From the NCBI GenBank assembly GCA_963667515.2, contig CAXXXY010000009.1, positions 10,569-74,568 on the forward strand: 64,000 bases of DNA, written 5' to 3'. The position numbers and the translations under genes were made by a program. This DNA comes from Dehalococcoidia bacterium (lineage in GTDB: Bacteria; Chloroflexota; Dehalococcoidia; UBA2979). Positions 9,625 through 20,437 of this stretch are shown one piece after another (positions within the stretch are counted from its first letter, which is position 1; each line of letters begins with the position of its first letter). A model generated the notes under the pieces. It saw nothing but the letters and a program-made list of their open reading frames with translations, was not told the origin of the DNA and did not search any database.

Positions 9625-10777
9625 CTGTAGTTCCCACGTAGGTTGTTGAGAGGATGAGGGGCCTCGCCCGCTGCTGTGTGTGACAGCACGGCAGTAGCGA
9701 GGAGAGGACACCCTCATGGCCCATCGTAACGCGCGGCTGACGCCGCTGACCCGACTCGAGCTCGTGCGGGAAGTGGACGCCGGCTGGCCCCAGGCTGAGG
9801 TCGCTCGCCACTTCCGCGTCTCCCGCCACACCGTTGCCAAGTGGCTGGGGCGCTTCCGGGCGGAGGGAGCGGCAGGGCTCGAGGACCGCAGCTCCGCCCC
9901 GCGCGCGCATCCCCGGCGCACGCCGCCCGAGCTGGAGCGACGCATCTGCGCCGTGCGACGCACGCAGGGATTCGGGCCGCATCGCATCCAGTGGGCGCTC
10001 GGGGTCGCCCGCTCCACGGTCTACGCCGTGCTGCGGCGCCGCGGCCTCAACCGGCTCGACCGCCTGCACCGCGTCACCCGGGAGCCGGTCCGCTACGAGC
10101 ACGACGCCCCCGGCGACCTGCTGCATCTCGACGTGAAGAAGCTCGGGCGCGTCCCCGAGGGCGGCGGCAAGCGAATGGCGCCTGGCTTCGCCGAGACGCG
10201 CTCCGGGCCGCATTCGCGGCGTTCGCTGGGGCTGGAGTACCTACACGTCGCCGTCGACGACCACAGCCGTTACGCCTACGTCTCCGTCCTGCCCGACGAG
10301 CGTGGCGCGAGCTGCGCCGCCTTCCTCGAGCAGGCGCTCGCGGCCTTCCGCCGGCGTGGCGTGCGCGTGCGCCGGGTCCTGACCGACAACGCGAAGGCCT
10401 ACACCGTCGCCCGCAGCTTCCACGGCGCCGCCGCTGCCGCAGACGTGCGGCTGTCGCACACGCGGCCCTACCGCCCGCAGACGAACGGCAAAGCCGAGCG
10501 TTTCATCCAGATCCTGCAGTTCACGGCGCCGCCGCTGCCGCAGACGTGCGGCTGTCGCACACGCGGCCCTACCGCCCGCATACGAACGGCAAAGCCGAGC
10601 GTTTCATCCAGATCCTGCAGAACGAGTGGGCCTACGCCCGCCCCTACCGCTCCAACGCCGAGCGGCTGCGCCAGCTCCCACGCTGGCTCTACCGCTACAA
10701 TCACCGCCGACCGCACGGCGGCGTCGGCGGGGCCGTCCCCGCCTCCCGCCTGTGAACAACCTTCCTGGGTAGTACAA
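9625..10777 (+). mobile_element. IS481-family element copy 1, with internal 101-bp duplication
   Basis: Imperfect TIRs CTGTAGTTCCCACGTAGGTTGTT / AACAACCTTCCTGGGTAGTACAA; CTAG duplicated at 9621-9624 and 10778-10781. Confidence 0.95.
9716..10755 (+). pseudogene. IS481 transposase, frameshifted by the duplication
   Basis: MAHRNARLTP, HLDVKKLG, VDDHSR, LTDN, PQTNGKAERF; the segment is repeated at ~10520-10620. Confidence 0.9.
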
Positions 10778-10919
10778 CTAGCCGCAGCGCCGTACAGCCG
10801 CGCTGGCCGGCGACATCGTGGCGGAGGCCGTCGAGCCGCACGAGGGGGTGGCTGTCTCGCGGCGGCGAGGCCGCCCCGGTGGTGGCGTCGGAGATCCGAG
10901 CGCCGTCGCCGCTCCCGCG

Positions 10920-11630
10920 CTAGCCGCGCCCCGCCTCCGCCTCGGCGCCCGCGCCCGCCTCACCCGCCGCTTCGGCTGCGGCGCGCTCCGCCTCGCGCTG
11001 GGCGGCGAGCGCGTGCTCCAGCGCCTGTGCGGTGCGCGCCGGCTCGGCGATCGCCATCTCGGCGACGAGGGCCCGCAGCTCGATCGCCCCCAGCGGCGTC
11101 GGGTGGCGCTCCGCGAGCCGCGCCTCGGCGGCGCGCGCGAGCGAGGCGAGCAGCCGCCGATCCTGCTCAATCCGTGCGAGTAGCGCATCGACGGTCGGCG
11201 CCGCGTACATGACGCCCGCCGCCAGCGCCCGCGCCTGCGCCTCCGCGCGTGCCTCTCTTGGTCGCGCTGCCGGCTCCCCGACTGGCTGCGCCACCGAGGC
11301 GGCTCCGCCCCCGGCGGGCTGCGGCGCCCCGGCGTGGCGGTCGTGCTCGGCGGGGGGCGGATCGGCCGCGGCCCCCTCGACGCCAGGCGGCGCCGCCTCG
11401 GCGGCCGCGAGCGCGGCGGCGGCGAGCTCCAGCAGCGCCGCGAGCCGTGCCGCTCGCAGGCGCGGCGCGCCCCCGCCGGCCCGCTCGCCCGGCGGGACGT
11501 GGTCGGCGCCCGCCTCGCCGAGCGCGCGCAGCGCGACGGCGATGCGGCGCATCAGCTCGCCGCCCGCCTCCTCCAGCTCGGGGAGCGAGAGCGCCGCGAA
11601 GGCCTGTGCGCCCGGGGCCGGACCCTGCAT
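10920..11630 (-). CDS. hypothetical Ala-rich helical protein
   Basis: 236-aa ORF with GGGAG RBS and genome-typical codon usage. Confidence 0.6.
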   Translation of the reverse strand: MQGPAPGAQAFAALSLPELEEAGGELMRRIAVALRALGEAGADHVPPGERAGGGAPRLRAARLAALLELAAAALAAAEAAPPGVEGAAADPPPAEHDRHAGAPQPAGGGAASVAQPVGEPAARPREARAEAQARALAAGVMYAAPTVDALLARIEQDRRLLASLARAAEARLAERHPTPLGAIELRALVAEMAIAEPARTAQALEHALAAQREAERAAAEAAGEAGAGAEAEAGRG

Positions 11631-11722
11631 CGCGCTCCCTCGTCGACCGGGCGCAGGCCGCGACGGCCACGCGCGCCGGGGGCCGCCGCGACGGGGCGCA
11701 CGGGTCGCGCTACGCTCTCGGC

Positions 11723-11929
11723 TTGACCCGTCATCTTCTGGCGTTCGCGGCGCTGCTCGTCAACCTCTGGGTGGGGGGCGAGCTGGTGGCGTCGCTGGCC
11801 GGGGGAGCGGCGCGCGCCGCCTTCGAGTTCGCGCTGATCGCCGCCTACGCATGGTTCGTCTTCGGCGTGCGCGTGCCGCCCGTGTGGCGGCGGGCGCGGC
11901 GCCCCGGCCCGCCGCCGGGCGAGCGCTAG
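11723..11929 (+). CDS. small two-TM membrane protein
   Basis: TTG start 6 nt after TACGCT; two hydrophobic segments and a basic tail. Confidence 0.55.
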   Translation: MTRHLLAFAALLVNLWVGGELVASLAGGAARAAFEFALIAAYAWFVFGVRVPPVWRRARRPGPPPGER

Positions 11930-12002
11930 CGAGCGCCCGCCCCCGCGTGGCCCCGGCGCTCCTACCTCGGCGCCCGCGGCGGCGGTACCCTCGGCGCGGC
12001 GC

Positions 12003-12079
12003 GGGCGATTAGCTCAGCTGGCGAGAGCGTCCGGTTTACACCCGGAAGGTCGGAGGTTCGAGTCCTCCATCGCCCACCA
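12003..12079 (+). tRNA. tRNA-Val(TAC)
   Basis: GGGCGAT/ATCGCCC acceptor stem, anticodon loop TTTACAC, GGTTCGAG T-arm, CCA end. Confidence 0.97.
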
Positions 12080-12203
12080 CCCGGCGCCCTCAGCCGGCAC
12101 CGCGGCGCGGCTCGCGCGGGGGCGGGCGTGCGGCGGGCGCTGGTACACTCGCGCCGTGGCGGCGCGCCCGTTCAGGCGGCGCCGGCGGCACCCGTGGAGG
12201 CGC

Positions 12204-13859
12204 GTGAGCAGCAAGAGCGGCCACGACTGGCTGGAGTCGACCTACCGCGAGGCCGTGGAGCGCAGCGGCGAGCGCGAGGCGCTCTTCGAGTCCTCCTCGG
12301 GCGCGCCCGTGGAGCCGCTCTACGGCCCCGAGCACCTCGCCGACTGGAGCTACGCCGGGAAGCTCGGCTACCCCGGCGAGTACCCCTACACCCGCGGCGT
12401 TCAGCCCACCATGTACCGCGGCCGCTACTGGACCATGCGGCAGTACGCCGGCTTCGGCGACGCGGCCGAGTCCAACCGGCGCTACAAGTTCCTGCTCGAG
12501 CAGGGGCAGACGGGGCTCTCCGTCGCCTTCGACCTGCCGACGCAGATCGGCTACGACTCCGACGCGCCCGAGGCCGAGGGCGAGGTGGGCAAGGTCGGCG
12601 TCGCGATCTCTTCGCTCGCCGACATGGAGACGATGACGGAGGGCATCCCCCTCGACGGCGTCACCACGTCGATGACGATCAACGCCACCGGCGCGATGCT
12701 GCTGGCGCTCTACGCCGCCGCCGCGAAGAAGCAGGGCGTCGCGCTCTCCGCCATCGGCGGGACGATCCAGAACGACATCCTCAAGGAGTACGTGGCTCGC
12801 GGCACCTACATTTATCCGCCGCGCCCGTCGCTGCGGCTGATCACGGACCAGTTCGCGTGGTGCTCGCAGGAGACGCCGCAGTTCAACACGATTTCGATCT
12901 CGGGCTACCACATGCGCGAGGCGGGCTGCACGGCGGCGCAGGAGGTGGGCTTCACGCTCGCCAACGCCATCGAGTACGTGGACGCGGCGCTGGCGACCGG
13001 CCTCGAGTTCGACCGCTTCGCGCCGCGCCTCGCGTTCTTCTGGGCCTGCCACTCGAACTTCTTCGAGGAGGCCGCGAAGTTCCGCGCGGCGCGGCGGATG
13101 TGGGCGCGCATCGTGCGGGAGCGCTACGGCTCCGACAACCCGCGCGCGCAGATGCTGCGCTTCCACACGCAGACGGGCGGCGCCACTCTCACGGCGCAGC
13201 AGCCTGACAACAACGTCGTGCGCACGGCGTACCAGGCGCTCTCCGCGGTGCTGGGCGGCACGCAGTCGCTGCACACCAACTCGCGCGACGAGGCGCTGTC
13301 GCTGCCCACCGAGGAGTCCGTGGAGCTGGCGCTGCGCACGCAGCAGGTGCTGGCCTACGAGACCGGCGTCGGCGACGTCATCGACCCGCTCGCGGGCTCC
13401 TACTACGTGGAGGCGCTGACCGACCGCGTGGAGGAGGAGGCGCAGGCCTACATCGACCGCATCGAGGACATGGGCGGTGCGCTCGCGGCCATCGAGCAGG
13501 GCTTCCAGCAGCGCGAGATCCAGGAGAGCGCCTACCGGCTGCAGCGGATGATGGAGGGCGGCGAGCGCGTGGTGGTGGGCGTGAACCGCTTCGCGAAGGA
13601 CGACGAGGTGCACCCGCCGCTGATGCGCGTCGACCCGGAGGTGGGGCGTCGCCGCGGTCGCGAGCTCGCCGAGCTGCGCGCGGGGCGCGACCAGGCGGCC
13701 GCCGCCGCGGCGCTCGACGCGGTGCGCGCCGCGGCCCGCGGCTCGGAGAACATGATGCCGCTCTTGATCGCCGCCTTCGAGGAGTACGTGACGCTGGGCG
13801 AGGTGTGCGGCGTGCTGCGCGAGGAGTGGGCGGAGCACCGCGAGGCGCTCACGATCTGA
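12204..13859 (+). CDS. methylmalonyl-CoA mutase, large (substrate-binding) subunit
   Basis: [50 protein letters not shown]; Tyr and Arg specificity residues are MCM-type. Confidence 0.95.
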   Translation: MSSKSGHDWLESTYREAVERSGEREALFESSSGAPVEPLYGPEHLADWSYAGKLGYPGEYPYTRGVQPTMYRGRYWTMRQYAGFGDAAESNRRYKFLLEQGQTGLSVAFDLPTQIGYDSDAPEAEGEVGKVGVAISSLADMETMTEGIPLDGVTTSMTINATGAMLLALYAAAAKKQGVALSAIGGTIQNDILKEYVARGTYIYPPRPSLRLITDQFAWCSQETPQFNTISISGYHMREAGCTAAQEVGFTLANAIEYVDAALATGLEFDRFAPRLAFFWACHSNFFEEAAKFRAARRMWARIVRERYGSDNPRAQMLRFHTQTGGATLTAQQPDNNVVRTAYQALSAVLGGTQSLHTNSRDEALSLPTEESVELALRTQQVLAYETGVGDVIDPLAGSYYVEALTDRVEEEAQAYIDRIEDMGGALAAIEQGFQQREIQESAYRLQRMMEGGERVVVGVNRFAKDDEVHPPLMRVDPEVGRRRGRELAELRAGRDQAAAAAALDAVRAAARGSENMMPLLIAAFEEYVTLGEVCGVLREEWAEHREALTI

Positions 13860-13899
13860 TGGCGCCCATGACACCCCGACCCGCTGCCCCTCGCGCCCG

Positions 13900-14421
13900 A
13901 TGACGAGCGGCGACGCCGGCCCCGAGGCCAGCGGCGCCGCGTCCGGCGCCGATCCGCTGGGCGCGCTGATCGAGTCGAACGCGCAGGCGCGCGCGGAGTT
14001 GATCTCCGCGCTGGACGCGATCCCCGCGGCGCGTCGCGAGGAGCGCTGGTACGGCGAGTGGTCGCTCAAGGACATCGTCGCGCACCTCGGCGTGTGGCAG
14101 GACGGCTGGGGCGCGGCGCTGGAGGCGCTTGCGCGTGGCGAGCGCCCGCTGGTCCCGCTCTTCGAGGAGGGCGACACCGGCGCGGCGTTCAACGCGGCCC
14201 GCGCGGCCGAGCACGCTGGCGACAGCTGGGAGCACGCGATGGATCTGCTGCGCCGCGCGCGGCAGCGCCACGAGGCGGCCGTGCGCGCGCTCGCGGGGGC
14301 CGTGGAGCCGGAGCGCTACGCCGAGGGCCGCACGGCGCACCGCCTGGCGTCGATGCCCGGCAGCCACGACCGCACCCACATCGCGCCGATCCTCGAGTGG
14401 CGGCGGGAGCAGCGGCTGTGA
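13900..14421 (+). CDS. DinB/DUF1706-like protein
   Basis: [10 protein letters not shown] and C-terminal HDRTH. Confidence 0.8.
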   Translation: MTSGDAGPEASGAASGADPLGALIESNAQARAELISALDAIPAARREERWYGEWSLKDIVAHLGVWQDGWGAALEALARGERPLVPLFEEGDTGAAFNAARAAEHAGDSWEHAMDLLRRARQRHEAAVRALAGAVEPERYAEGRTAHRLASMPGSHDRTHIAPILEWRREQRL

Positions 14422-14464
14422 GCGCGGCGAGCGGCGCCCGCGGCGGCGGCTGTGGGCGGGCGCG

Positions 14465-15307
14465 ATGATCGACCTGCTGCATCACGTCGGCATCGTCGTG
14501 CGCGACGCGGACGCCGCGCTCACCTTCTACCGCGACGTCGTCGGCTTCCCCGTGGTCGCGGACTCGGTGCTCGAGGATCAGGGCGTGCGCGCGATCCTGC
14601 TCGCCGTCGGCGAGAACGAGCTCGAGATCCTCTCGCCGACCGAGGACGACACGGGCGTCGCGCGCTTTCTGGAGAGCCACGGCGAGACGCTGCACCACCT
14701 CTGCTTCCGCACCGACGACATCGCGGCCGAGCTGGCGGAGCTCGACGCGGCGGGCGTCGAGCTGGTCGACCAAGAGCCGCGCGCGGGGCTCGCGGGGCAG
14801 GTGGCGTTCCTGCACCCGCGGGCGATGCGCGGCGTGCTGGTGGAGCTCGCGCAGCCGCCCGCCGGCGCGCACCGGCGCGACGCCAAGGGCTTCGACCGCG
14901 TCGCCGTGCGCGCGCTCGACTTCGACGCCGCGGCCGCGCTCTGGCGCGACGTGGTCGGGCTCTCGGTCGCGCGCCGCTTCGACGTGGACGTGGCGGGCGT
15001 GGTGATCGGGCAGATGCCGATCGGGCGCTGCCTGCTGGAGCTGATCGCGCCGTCGCGCCCCGACGCGCCGTTCGCGTCCGACGTCGAGCGCGACGGCGAG
15101 GGCGCGATGCCCGCCTTCGCCCTCGAGGTGGCGGACGTCGACGCGGAGGTCGCGCGGCTGCGCGCGGCCGGCGTCGAGCTCGACGACGCGGGGCCGGGGA
15201 TGATGCCGGGCACGCGAAGCGCGACGATATCGGCCGAGCAGGCGTTCGGCGTCAGCGTCCAGCTCGCGACCTACGAGCAGGGCGGCCGGGGGACGGGGGC
15301 CAGATGA
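14465..15307 (+). CDS. mce: methylmalonyl-CoA epimerase with a second VOC domain
   Basis: HHVGIVV, ELEILSP, LHHLCF, FLHPR..GVLVEL; located in the mutase cluster. Confidence 0.85.
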   Translation: MIDLLHHVGIVVRDADAALTFYRDVVGFPVVADSVLEDQGVRAILLAVGENELEILSPTEDDTGVARFLESHGETLHHLCFRTDDIAAELAELDAAGVELVDQEPRAGLAGQVAFLHPRAMRGVLVELAQPPAGAHRRDAKGFDRVAVRALDFDAAAALWRDVVGLSVARRFDVDVAGVVIGQMPIGRCLLELIAPSRPDAPFASDVERDGEGAMPAFALEVADVDAEVARLRAAGVELDDAGPGMMPGTRSATISAEQAFGVSVQLATYEQGGRGTGAR

Positions 15308-15759
15308 CCGAGGAGTCGACGGCGCAGGAGCAGGGCGCCGAGGAGCGGCGCATCCGCGTGCTGATCGCGAAGCCCGGCCTCGACGGCCACGACCGCGGGG
15401 CGAAGGTGGTGGCGCGCGCGCTGCGCGACGCCGGCATGGAGGTGATCTACACCGGCATTCGCCAGACGCCGCAAATGATCGCGGAGGCGGCGCTGCAAGA
15501 GGACGTCGACGTGATCGGCCTCTCGATCCTCTCGGGCGCGCACCTCGAGCTCTTCCCGCGCGTGATCGAGGCGCTGCGCGAGCGCGACATCGGCCCGGAC
15601 GAGGTGCTGCTGTTCTGCGGCGGCATCATCCCCCATGAGGACGGCGAGGCAGTGCGGGAGCTGGGCTTCCGCGGCGTCTTCGGCCCCGGCACCGACACCC
15701 GCGACATCGCCGCCTTCATCCGCGAGCAGCTCCCGACGCTCCCCGCGCGTGCCGGGTAG
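15304..15759 (+). CDS. methylmalonyl-CoA mutase cobalamin-binding subunit
   Basis: [24 protein letters not shown]. Confidence 0.95.
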   Translation: MTEESTAQEQGAEERRIRVLIAKPGLDGHDRGAKVVARALRDAGMEVIYTGIRQTPQMIAEAALQEDVDVIGLSILSGAHLELFPRVIEALRERDIGPDEVLLFCGGIIPHEDGEAVRELGFRGVFGPGTDTRDIAAFIREQLPTLPARAG

Positions 15760-15804
15760 GGGCGCGCGTCGGCCGGCGGGCGCTCCGGGGCGGAGCGCGG
15801 CCTG

Positions 15805-16782
15805 ATGGCGCGGCTCGCGGCGACGCCGAGCGCCGAGGAGCTGGCGGCGGGCATCGGTCGCGGCGACCGCCGAGCGCTGGCCCGCGCGATCACCCACGTC
15901 GAGCGGGACGACGCGCTGGGCCGCGCCCTGCTCGCCGCGCTCTACCCGCGCACCGGGCACGCTCACACCATCGGCGTGACGGGCTCGGGGGGGGTGGGGA
16001 AGTCGACGCTGGTGGGCCGGCTGGCGGCGGAGCAGCGCCGGCGCGGGCGCTCGGTCGGCATCGTCGCCGTCGACCCCTCGTCGCCGTTCTCGCACGGCGC
16101 GCTGCTCGGCGACCGCATACGCATGCAGGATCTGACCGCCGACCCCGGCGTGTTCCTGCGTTCGATGGCCTCGCGCGGCCACCTCGGCGGGCTCGCCGAG
16201 TCGGCGTCGGGCGTTGTCGACGTACTCGACGCGGCGGGCTACGACGTGGTGATCGTGGAGACGGTGGGCGCCGGCCAGGACGAGGTGGAGGTCGCCTCCG
16301 CCACGCAGAGCACCGTGCTGGTGACCAACCCCTCGGCGGGCGACGAGATCCAGTCGATGAAGGCCGGGCTGATGGAGGTCGCGCAGCTGCTGGTCGTGAA
16401 CAAGGCCGACCTCGCCGGCGCCGACAGCGCCGTGCAGCAGCTGCTCTCGCTGCTGGTGCTCGCGGGCTCGCGGGCGTGGGAGCCGCCGGTGCTGAAGGTG
16501 GTCGCGCGCTCGGGCGAGGGGGTGGCGGAGCTGGTCGACCGCATCGACGAGCATCAGCGCCACGTCCGCGACTCCGAGCACGCCGGCGCCGAGCGTCGGG
16601 CGCTGGTGCGGGCGCAACTGCTCTCGCTGGCGACGGCCGCCCTCTCGCGCCGCGCGCTGGCGGAGGCGCGGCGCTCGAGCGCCCTCGACGCGCTCGTGGA
16701 GGAGGTGGCCGCGCGCCGCCGCGACCCGCGCGCCGCCGCCGACGCGCTGCTCGCCGGCCTCGCCCCCGCCGCCGGGGGGTAG
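15805..16782 (+). CDS. meaB: MeaB/ArgK GTPase, mutase chaperone
   Basis: GSGGVGKST, VDPSSP, LGDRIRM, ETVGAGQ, NKAD. Confidence 0.95.
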   Translation: MARLAATPSAEELAAGIGRGDRRALARAITHVERDDALGRALLAALYPRTGHAHTIGVTGSGGVGKSTLVGRLAAEQRRRGRSVGIVAVDPSSPFSHGALLGDRIRMQDLTADPGVFLRSMASRGHLGGLAESASGVVDVLDAAGYDVVIVETVGAGQDEVEVASATQSTVLVTNPSAGDEIQSMKAGLMEVAQLLVVNKADLAGADSAVQQLLSLLVLAGSRAWEPPVLKVVARSGEGVAELVDRIDEHQRHVRDSEHAGAERRALVRAQLLSLATAALSRRALAEARRSSALDALVEEVAARRRDPRAAADALLAGLAPAAGG

Positions 16783-16869
16783 CGCCTCGCCCGAGGTCGG
16801 CGCGCCCGTAGACTGCTCTCCACGAGCGGCGTGCGTCGAGCAGCCGCGACGCAGACCGGGGACGTCGAC

Positions 16870-17319
16870 GTGCACGAAGACCGCCCACGTCTCGATCAAA
16901 TCAACCTCGTGACCGGCGATGTCGCTGCGACGGTCGAGTTCTTCCGCCTTCTGGGCCTCAACATTCCCGATTCGAGCGCACCCGGGTGGAGCTCGCACCA
17001 CCTGAGCGACGCGGTCGACGGCGCCGAGGGTGCGCTGACGTTCGATATCGACAGCACGGCATTCGCAGCGTGCTGGGGCTCCGAGGCGATCCCGGCAGGT
17101 CCGGCTCTGAGCTTCCGCGTCGCGTCGCGGCAGACGGTCGATCGGCTCTATGAACGACTTTGCTCGGCTGGCCATCGAGGGCTGCGCGCGCCCTACGACG
17201 CGTTCTGGGGCGCTCGCTTCGCCCTCGTCGAGGCTCCCGGCGGCGCCGCAGTCGGTCTGATGAGCGAGTCCAGCGACCAGCATCGCTCCGAGCCGCCTGC
17301 GCTCGCTGGCCTCGAGTAG
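16870..17319 (+). CDS. VOC/glyoxalase family protein
   Basis: INLVTGDV..TVEFFRLLG, PYDAFWGARFA. Confidence 0.85.
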   Translation: MHEDRPRLDQINLVTGDVAATVEFFRLLGLNIPDSSAPGWSSHHLSDAVDGAEGALTFDIDSTAFAACWGSEAIPAGPALSFRVASRQTVDRLYERLCSAGHRGLRAPYDAFWGARFALVEAPGGAAVGLMSESSDQHRSEPPALAGLE

Positions 17320-17325
17320 CGCGCC

Positions 17326-17361
17326 GACCGAGGGGGAGGCGGCCCGGCGCCTCCCCCTCGG
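17326..17361 (+). terminator. GC-rich hairpin after the VOC gene
   Basis: CCGAGGGGGAGGCG..CGCCTCCCCCTCGG. Confidence 0.55.
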
Positions 17362-17407
17362 TGACCGCCGACGCCCGCAGACGGGCTCGCCCCGTAGACT
17401 GGCCCGC

Positions 17408-18130
17408 ATGGCACAGCGCATCCGCATCACCTTCCGCAAGGGCGGCGTGCTGCAGTGGGTCTCCCACCTGGACACGATGCGCACCTGGGAGCGCACGCTG
17501 CGGCGGGCGAAGCTGCCGCTCGCGTACACGCAGGGCTTCTCGCCGCACCCGCGCATAGCGCTGGCGGCGCCGCTGCCGGTCGGCTTCGAGGGCGAGCGCG
17601 AGCTGATGGACGCGTGGCTCGATCCGCCGCTCGCCCCGGCCGAGGTGCGCGCCCGCCTGCAGTCGGTCCTGCCGCCCGGCCTCGAGCTGGTCGATGTCGA
17701 CGAGGTCGCCGAGCGCCTGCCCTCGCTGCAGTCGTCGCTGCGCGCGGCGCGCTACCGCATCGCCTTCGACGCGCGCGAGGTGCAGCCGGTCAGCCTGGCC
17801 GCGCGCCTCGCCGACTTCCTCGCCCTCGAGCACCTGGAGTGGGAGGAGCAGCGCGGCGAGAAGAGGCGCACCGTCGACCTGCGCCCCGGCGTGCTGGAGG
17901 CGGCGGTGCGGGAGGCGCCCCCCGCGGACGATGATCCGGCGGGGAAGCCGCTGACCGTGCTCGAGCTACGGCTGTCGCTGGACGAGGGACGCGGCGTGCG
18001 CGCCGCCTCGGTCGTCGACGCCTTCGGCGTCGACGCGGAGCCGCTGGCGATGGTGCGCACGGAGCTCGAAATCGACCGCCCGCAGATCGCCCTCGCCGCG
18101 TGGCGCGCCCGCGGCCGCCACGAGGAGTGA
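17408..18130 (+). CDS. radical SAM-linked protein (TIGR03936/DUF2344)
   Basis: RI.F.K.G....SHLD, YTQGFSPHPRI. Confidence 0.9.
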   Translation: MAQRIRITFRKGGVLQWVSHLDTMRTWERTLRRAKLPLAYTQGFSPHPRIALAAPLPVGFEGERELMDAWLDPPLAPAEVRARLQSVLPPGLELVDVDEVAERLPSLQSSLRAARYRIAFDAREVQPVSLAARLADFLALEHLEWEEQRGEKRRTVDLRPGVLEAAVREAPPADDDPAGKPLTVLELRLSLDEGRGVRAASVVDAFGVDAEPLAMVRTELEIDRPQIALAAWRARGRHEE

Positions 18131-19197
18131 GCGCGCTGCCCGCGCCCGGCCCCTGCCTCAGCCTCCGCCTCCGTCTCCTCTGGGTGCGCCGATCCCGCCT
18201 CGCACGCCGCGCGCCGAGAGGCCCGCTCGTCGCGCTGCTCGCGCTGGCGGCGCTCGCGCTCGCCGGCTGCGGCGGCGGCGACGAGGTGCGGATCGAGGCG
18301 CCCGCGGCCTCCTCGACGCCGGCGCCGGCCGCGAGCGCGCCGCCGGGCGGCGTGGCCGCGCCCGCCGGGGCGCCCGCGGGCGGTAGGCCGGACGCGGGCG
18401 CGCCGTTCGATGCGCGCGCCGGCTCGCCCTTCGGCGACGACGACGTCGTGCTCGCGCTGGCGGCCGCCGGCATCGCCGCGATGCGCCAGCACGAGGCGGT
18501 CGCCTGCGACGCCCGCGACGAGACGAGCGGCTACCTCTACTCGGCGCTCGTCGGCGGCGAGCCGCTGGCCTTCGACCTCTGGGTCTACCCGACGCCACGC
18601 CTTCTCGCCGGCGCGGGCTGGACCGTGGAGGAGGACGGGCGAGCGCGCGGCTGCGCCCCCTACGGCGGCGCCGAGTACCCGGCGTACGTGGTGGGCAACG
18701 TCGCGCTCTCCACGAGCTCCCCGCCCGGCGCGGCGCGCGAGCGGCTGATCGCGGCCTTCCTCGCGCTCGGCTCCGCTGCGGGCGCTCCCGCCGCGACACC
18801 GAGCGCTGGTCCCGGCGCCGCCTTCCCCTTCGCCGCGGCCGACCTCGTCGCCGCGCTGGGCGGAGTCGGGCTCGCCTACGCGCCCAGCGGCGACTCGGTC
18901 GCCTGCCGCGACGCGCGCGCGGTGGGGCTCGGCTACGCCTCGTCCGAGGCGCCCACGCTGTTGCTCTGGGTCTACGCGAGCCCCGAGCAGCTGCGCGAGG
19001 ACTGGGTCGTCGAGCGTGGCCGGCGGCCCCGCTACCACCTCGACGAGGCAGGGGCGTGCGTCGAGGGCGGCTTCGTCTACTGGAACGAGAACGCGCTGCT
19101 GGCGCTCGAGGACCCCGCCTGGGCGACCGCGGACGCGGAGCGCGCCGCCGTCGTCGACGCGTTCCTCTCGCTCGTCCGCCCGGCGGCGTCGCCGTGA
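18127..19197 (+). CDS. lipoprotein with two tandem repeat domains
   Basis: LAGC lipobox, Pro/Ala linkers, two homologous domains (LWVY motif, two Cys each). Confidence 0.7.
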   Translation: MSALPAPGPCLSLRLRLLWVRRSRLARRAPRGPLVALLALAALALAGCGGGDEVRIEAPAASSTPAPAASAPPGGVAAPAGAPAGGRPDAGAPFDARAGSPFGDDDVVLALAAAGIAAMRQHEAVACDARDETSGYLYSALVGGEPLAFDLWVYPTPRLLAGAGWTVEEDGRARGCAPYGGAEYPAYVVGNVALSTSSPPGAARERLIAAFLALGSAAGAPAATPSAGPGAAFPFAAADLVAALGGVGLAYAPSGDSVACRDARAVGLGYASSEAPTLLLWVYASPEQLREDWVVERGRRPRYHLDEAGACVEGGFVYWNENALLALEDPAWATADAERAAVVDAFLSLVRPAASP

Positions 19198-19859
19198 GCG
19201 CGAGCGAGGCGCCCGCCGTCACGACGCTGCTGCTGCTGCGGCACGGGGAGACCGACCGCAACGCGGCGGGGCGCTCGCAGGGGCGCGCCGACGAGCCGCT
19301 GAACGAGCGCGGGCGCGCGCAGGCCGCCGCCGCCGCGCTCGCCCTCGCGCCGCTCGCGCCGGCCGCCGTCTACAGCTCGGACGCGTCGCGTGCGCGTGAC
19401 ACGGCGGGTGCGGTCGCCGCCGACTGCGGCCTCGAGGTGCGCGTCGACCCGCGCCTCGCCGAGCTGGACCACGGCGACCTCGACGGCCTGACCGGCGCCG
19501 AGCTGCGCGAGCGCTACCCGGAGCTGCTGGAGACGTGGCGCGGCCCGGGCGGGCCCTCGCTGGTGCTCCCCGGCGGCGAGTCGCTGGAGGCGGCGCAGCA
19601 GCGCATGGTGGCCGCCGCGACGGCGATCGGCGAGACGCACCCCGGCGAGCGCGTCGTCGTCGTCTCGCACAACCTGGCGCTGCGCACGCTGCTGTGCGAG
19701 GCGCTGGGCGCGCCGCTCACGGCCGCTCGTCGGCTGCGGCTGGAGCTCTGCTCGCTCGCGATCGTCGAGCTGCGGGCGGGCGAGCCGTGGGCCGTGGTCG
19801 CGCTCAACCGCGGCTGCCATCTGCCGAGGGACCTCGCGCACGGCAGGGCTGGCGGCTGA
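19194..19859 (+). CDS. histidine phosphatase family protein
   Basis: LRHGET, YSSD..RA, E.DHG, PGGES, VSH. Confidence 0.92.
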   Translation: MSASEAPAVTTLLLLRHGETDRNAAGRSQGRADEPLNERGRAQAAAAALALAPLAPAAVYSSDASRARDTAGAVAADCGLEVRVDPRLAELDHGDLDGLTGAELRERYPELLETWRGPGGPSLVLPGGESLEAAQQRMVAAATAIGETHPGERVVVVSHNLALRTLLCEALGAPLTAARRLRLELCSLAIVELRAGEPWAVVALNRGCHLPRDLAHGRAGG

Positions 19860-19933
19860 GCGTCCCGCGCGCTCGTTGAGCGCCCCCCAGGGCTCTGCTA
19901 CGGTGCGCGTGGCGGCGGGGTTGGGGTGCGCCG

Positions 19934-20296
19934 GTGTCGCTGCCGCTTCCTCGCCTGCGGTTGGGCTTCGGGCCAGTACACATGGTGCTGGCCATCGCGC
20001 TGCTCCTCGTCTCGCTGTTCGCCTACGCCGCCGTGCAGACCGCCGCGCAGAGCTACGGCCTCAGCGAGGATCGCCACCGCATCGAGCTGGAGCTGTGGGA
20101 GCTGCGCCGCCAGCGCGCCGAGCTCGAGGGGCTCGTCGCCTACCTCGGCTCGGAGGAGTACGTGGAGGGCGTGGCGCGCCAGCAGCTCGGCCTCGTGCGC
20201 GAGGGCGAGATCGCCGTGCTGATCGACGCGCCCGAGGACGAGAGCGCCCGCCGGGAGCCCGGCGAGCGCTGGTGGGAGGCGCTCTTCGGCCGCTAG
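19934..20296 (+). CDS. septum formation initiator (FtsB/DivIC)
   Basis: TM helix, coiled coil, [18 protein letters not shown]. Confidence 0.85.
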   Translation: MSLPLPRLRLGFGPVHMVLAIALLLVSLFAYAAVQTAAQSYGLSEDRHRIELELWELRRQRAELEGLVAYLGSEEYVEGVARQQLGLVREGEIAVLIDAPEDESARREPGERWWEALFGR

Positions 20297-20437
20297 CAGC
20301 GCCGCTCGCACGCCCTCGCGACGCCCTCTCCTCGCCTCCTGCTTGCCGCCCACGCTCGACTCGCTCGGCTCGCGGCCTCGCGAGCGCTCAGCTCGCTCGG
20401 CCCGCCTCACTGCGAGCGCCGTGCAATCATCGCCGCG

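Noticed and set aside
12003-12079. tRNA-Val as an island attachment site
   Set aside because: No integrase and no duplicated tRNA 3' end seen in the window
12090-14192. Long antisense ORFs, here and opposite clpC, ftsH and rpsA
   Set aside because: Expected from high GC3 codon bias; no recognisable motifs
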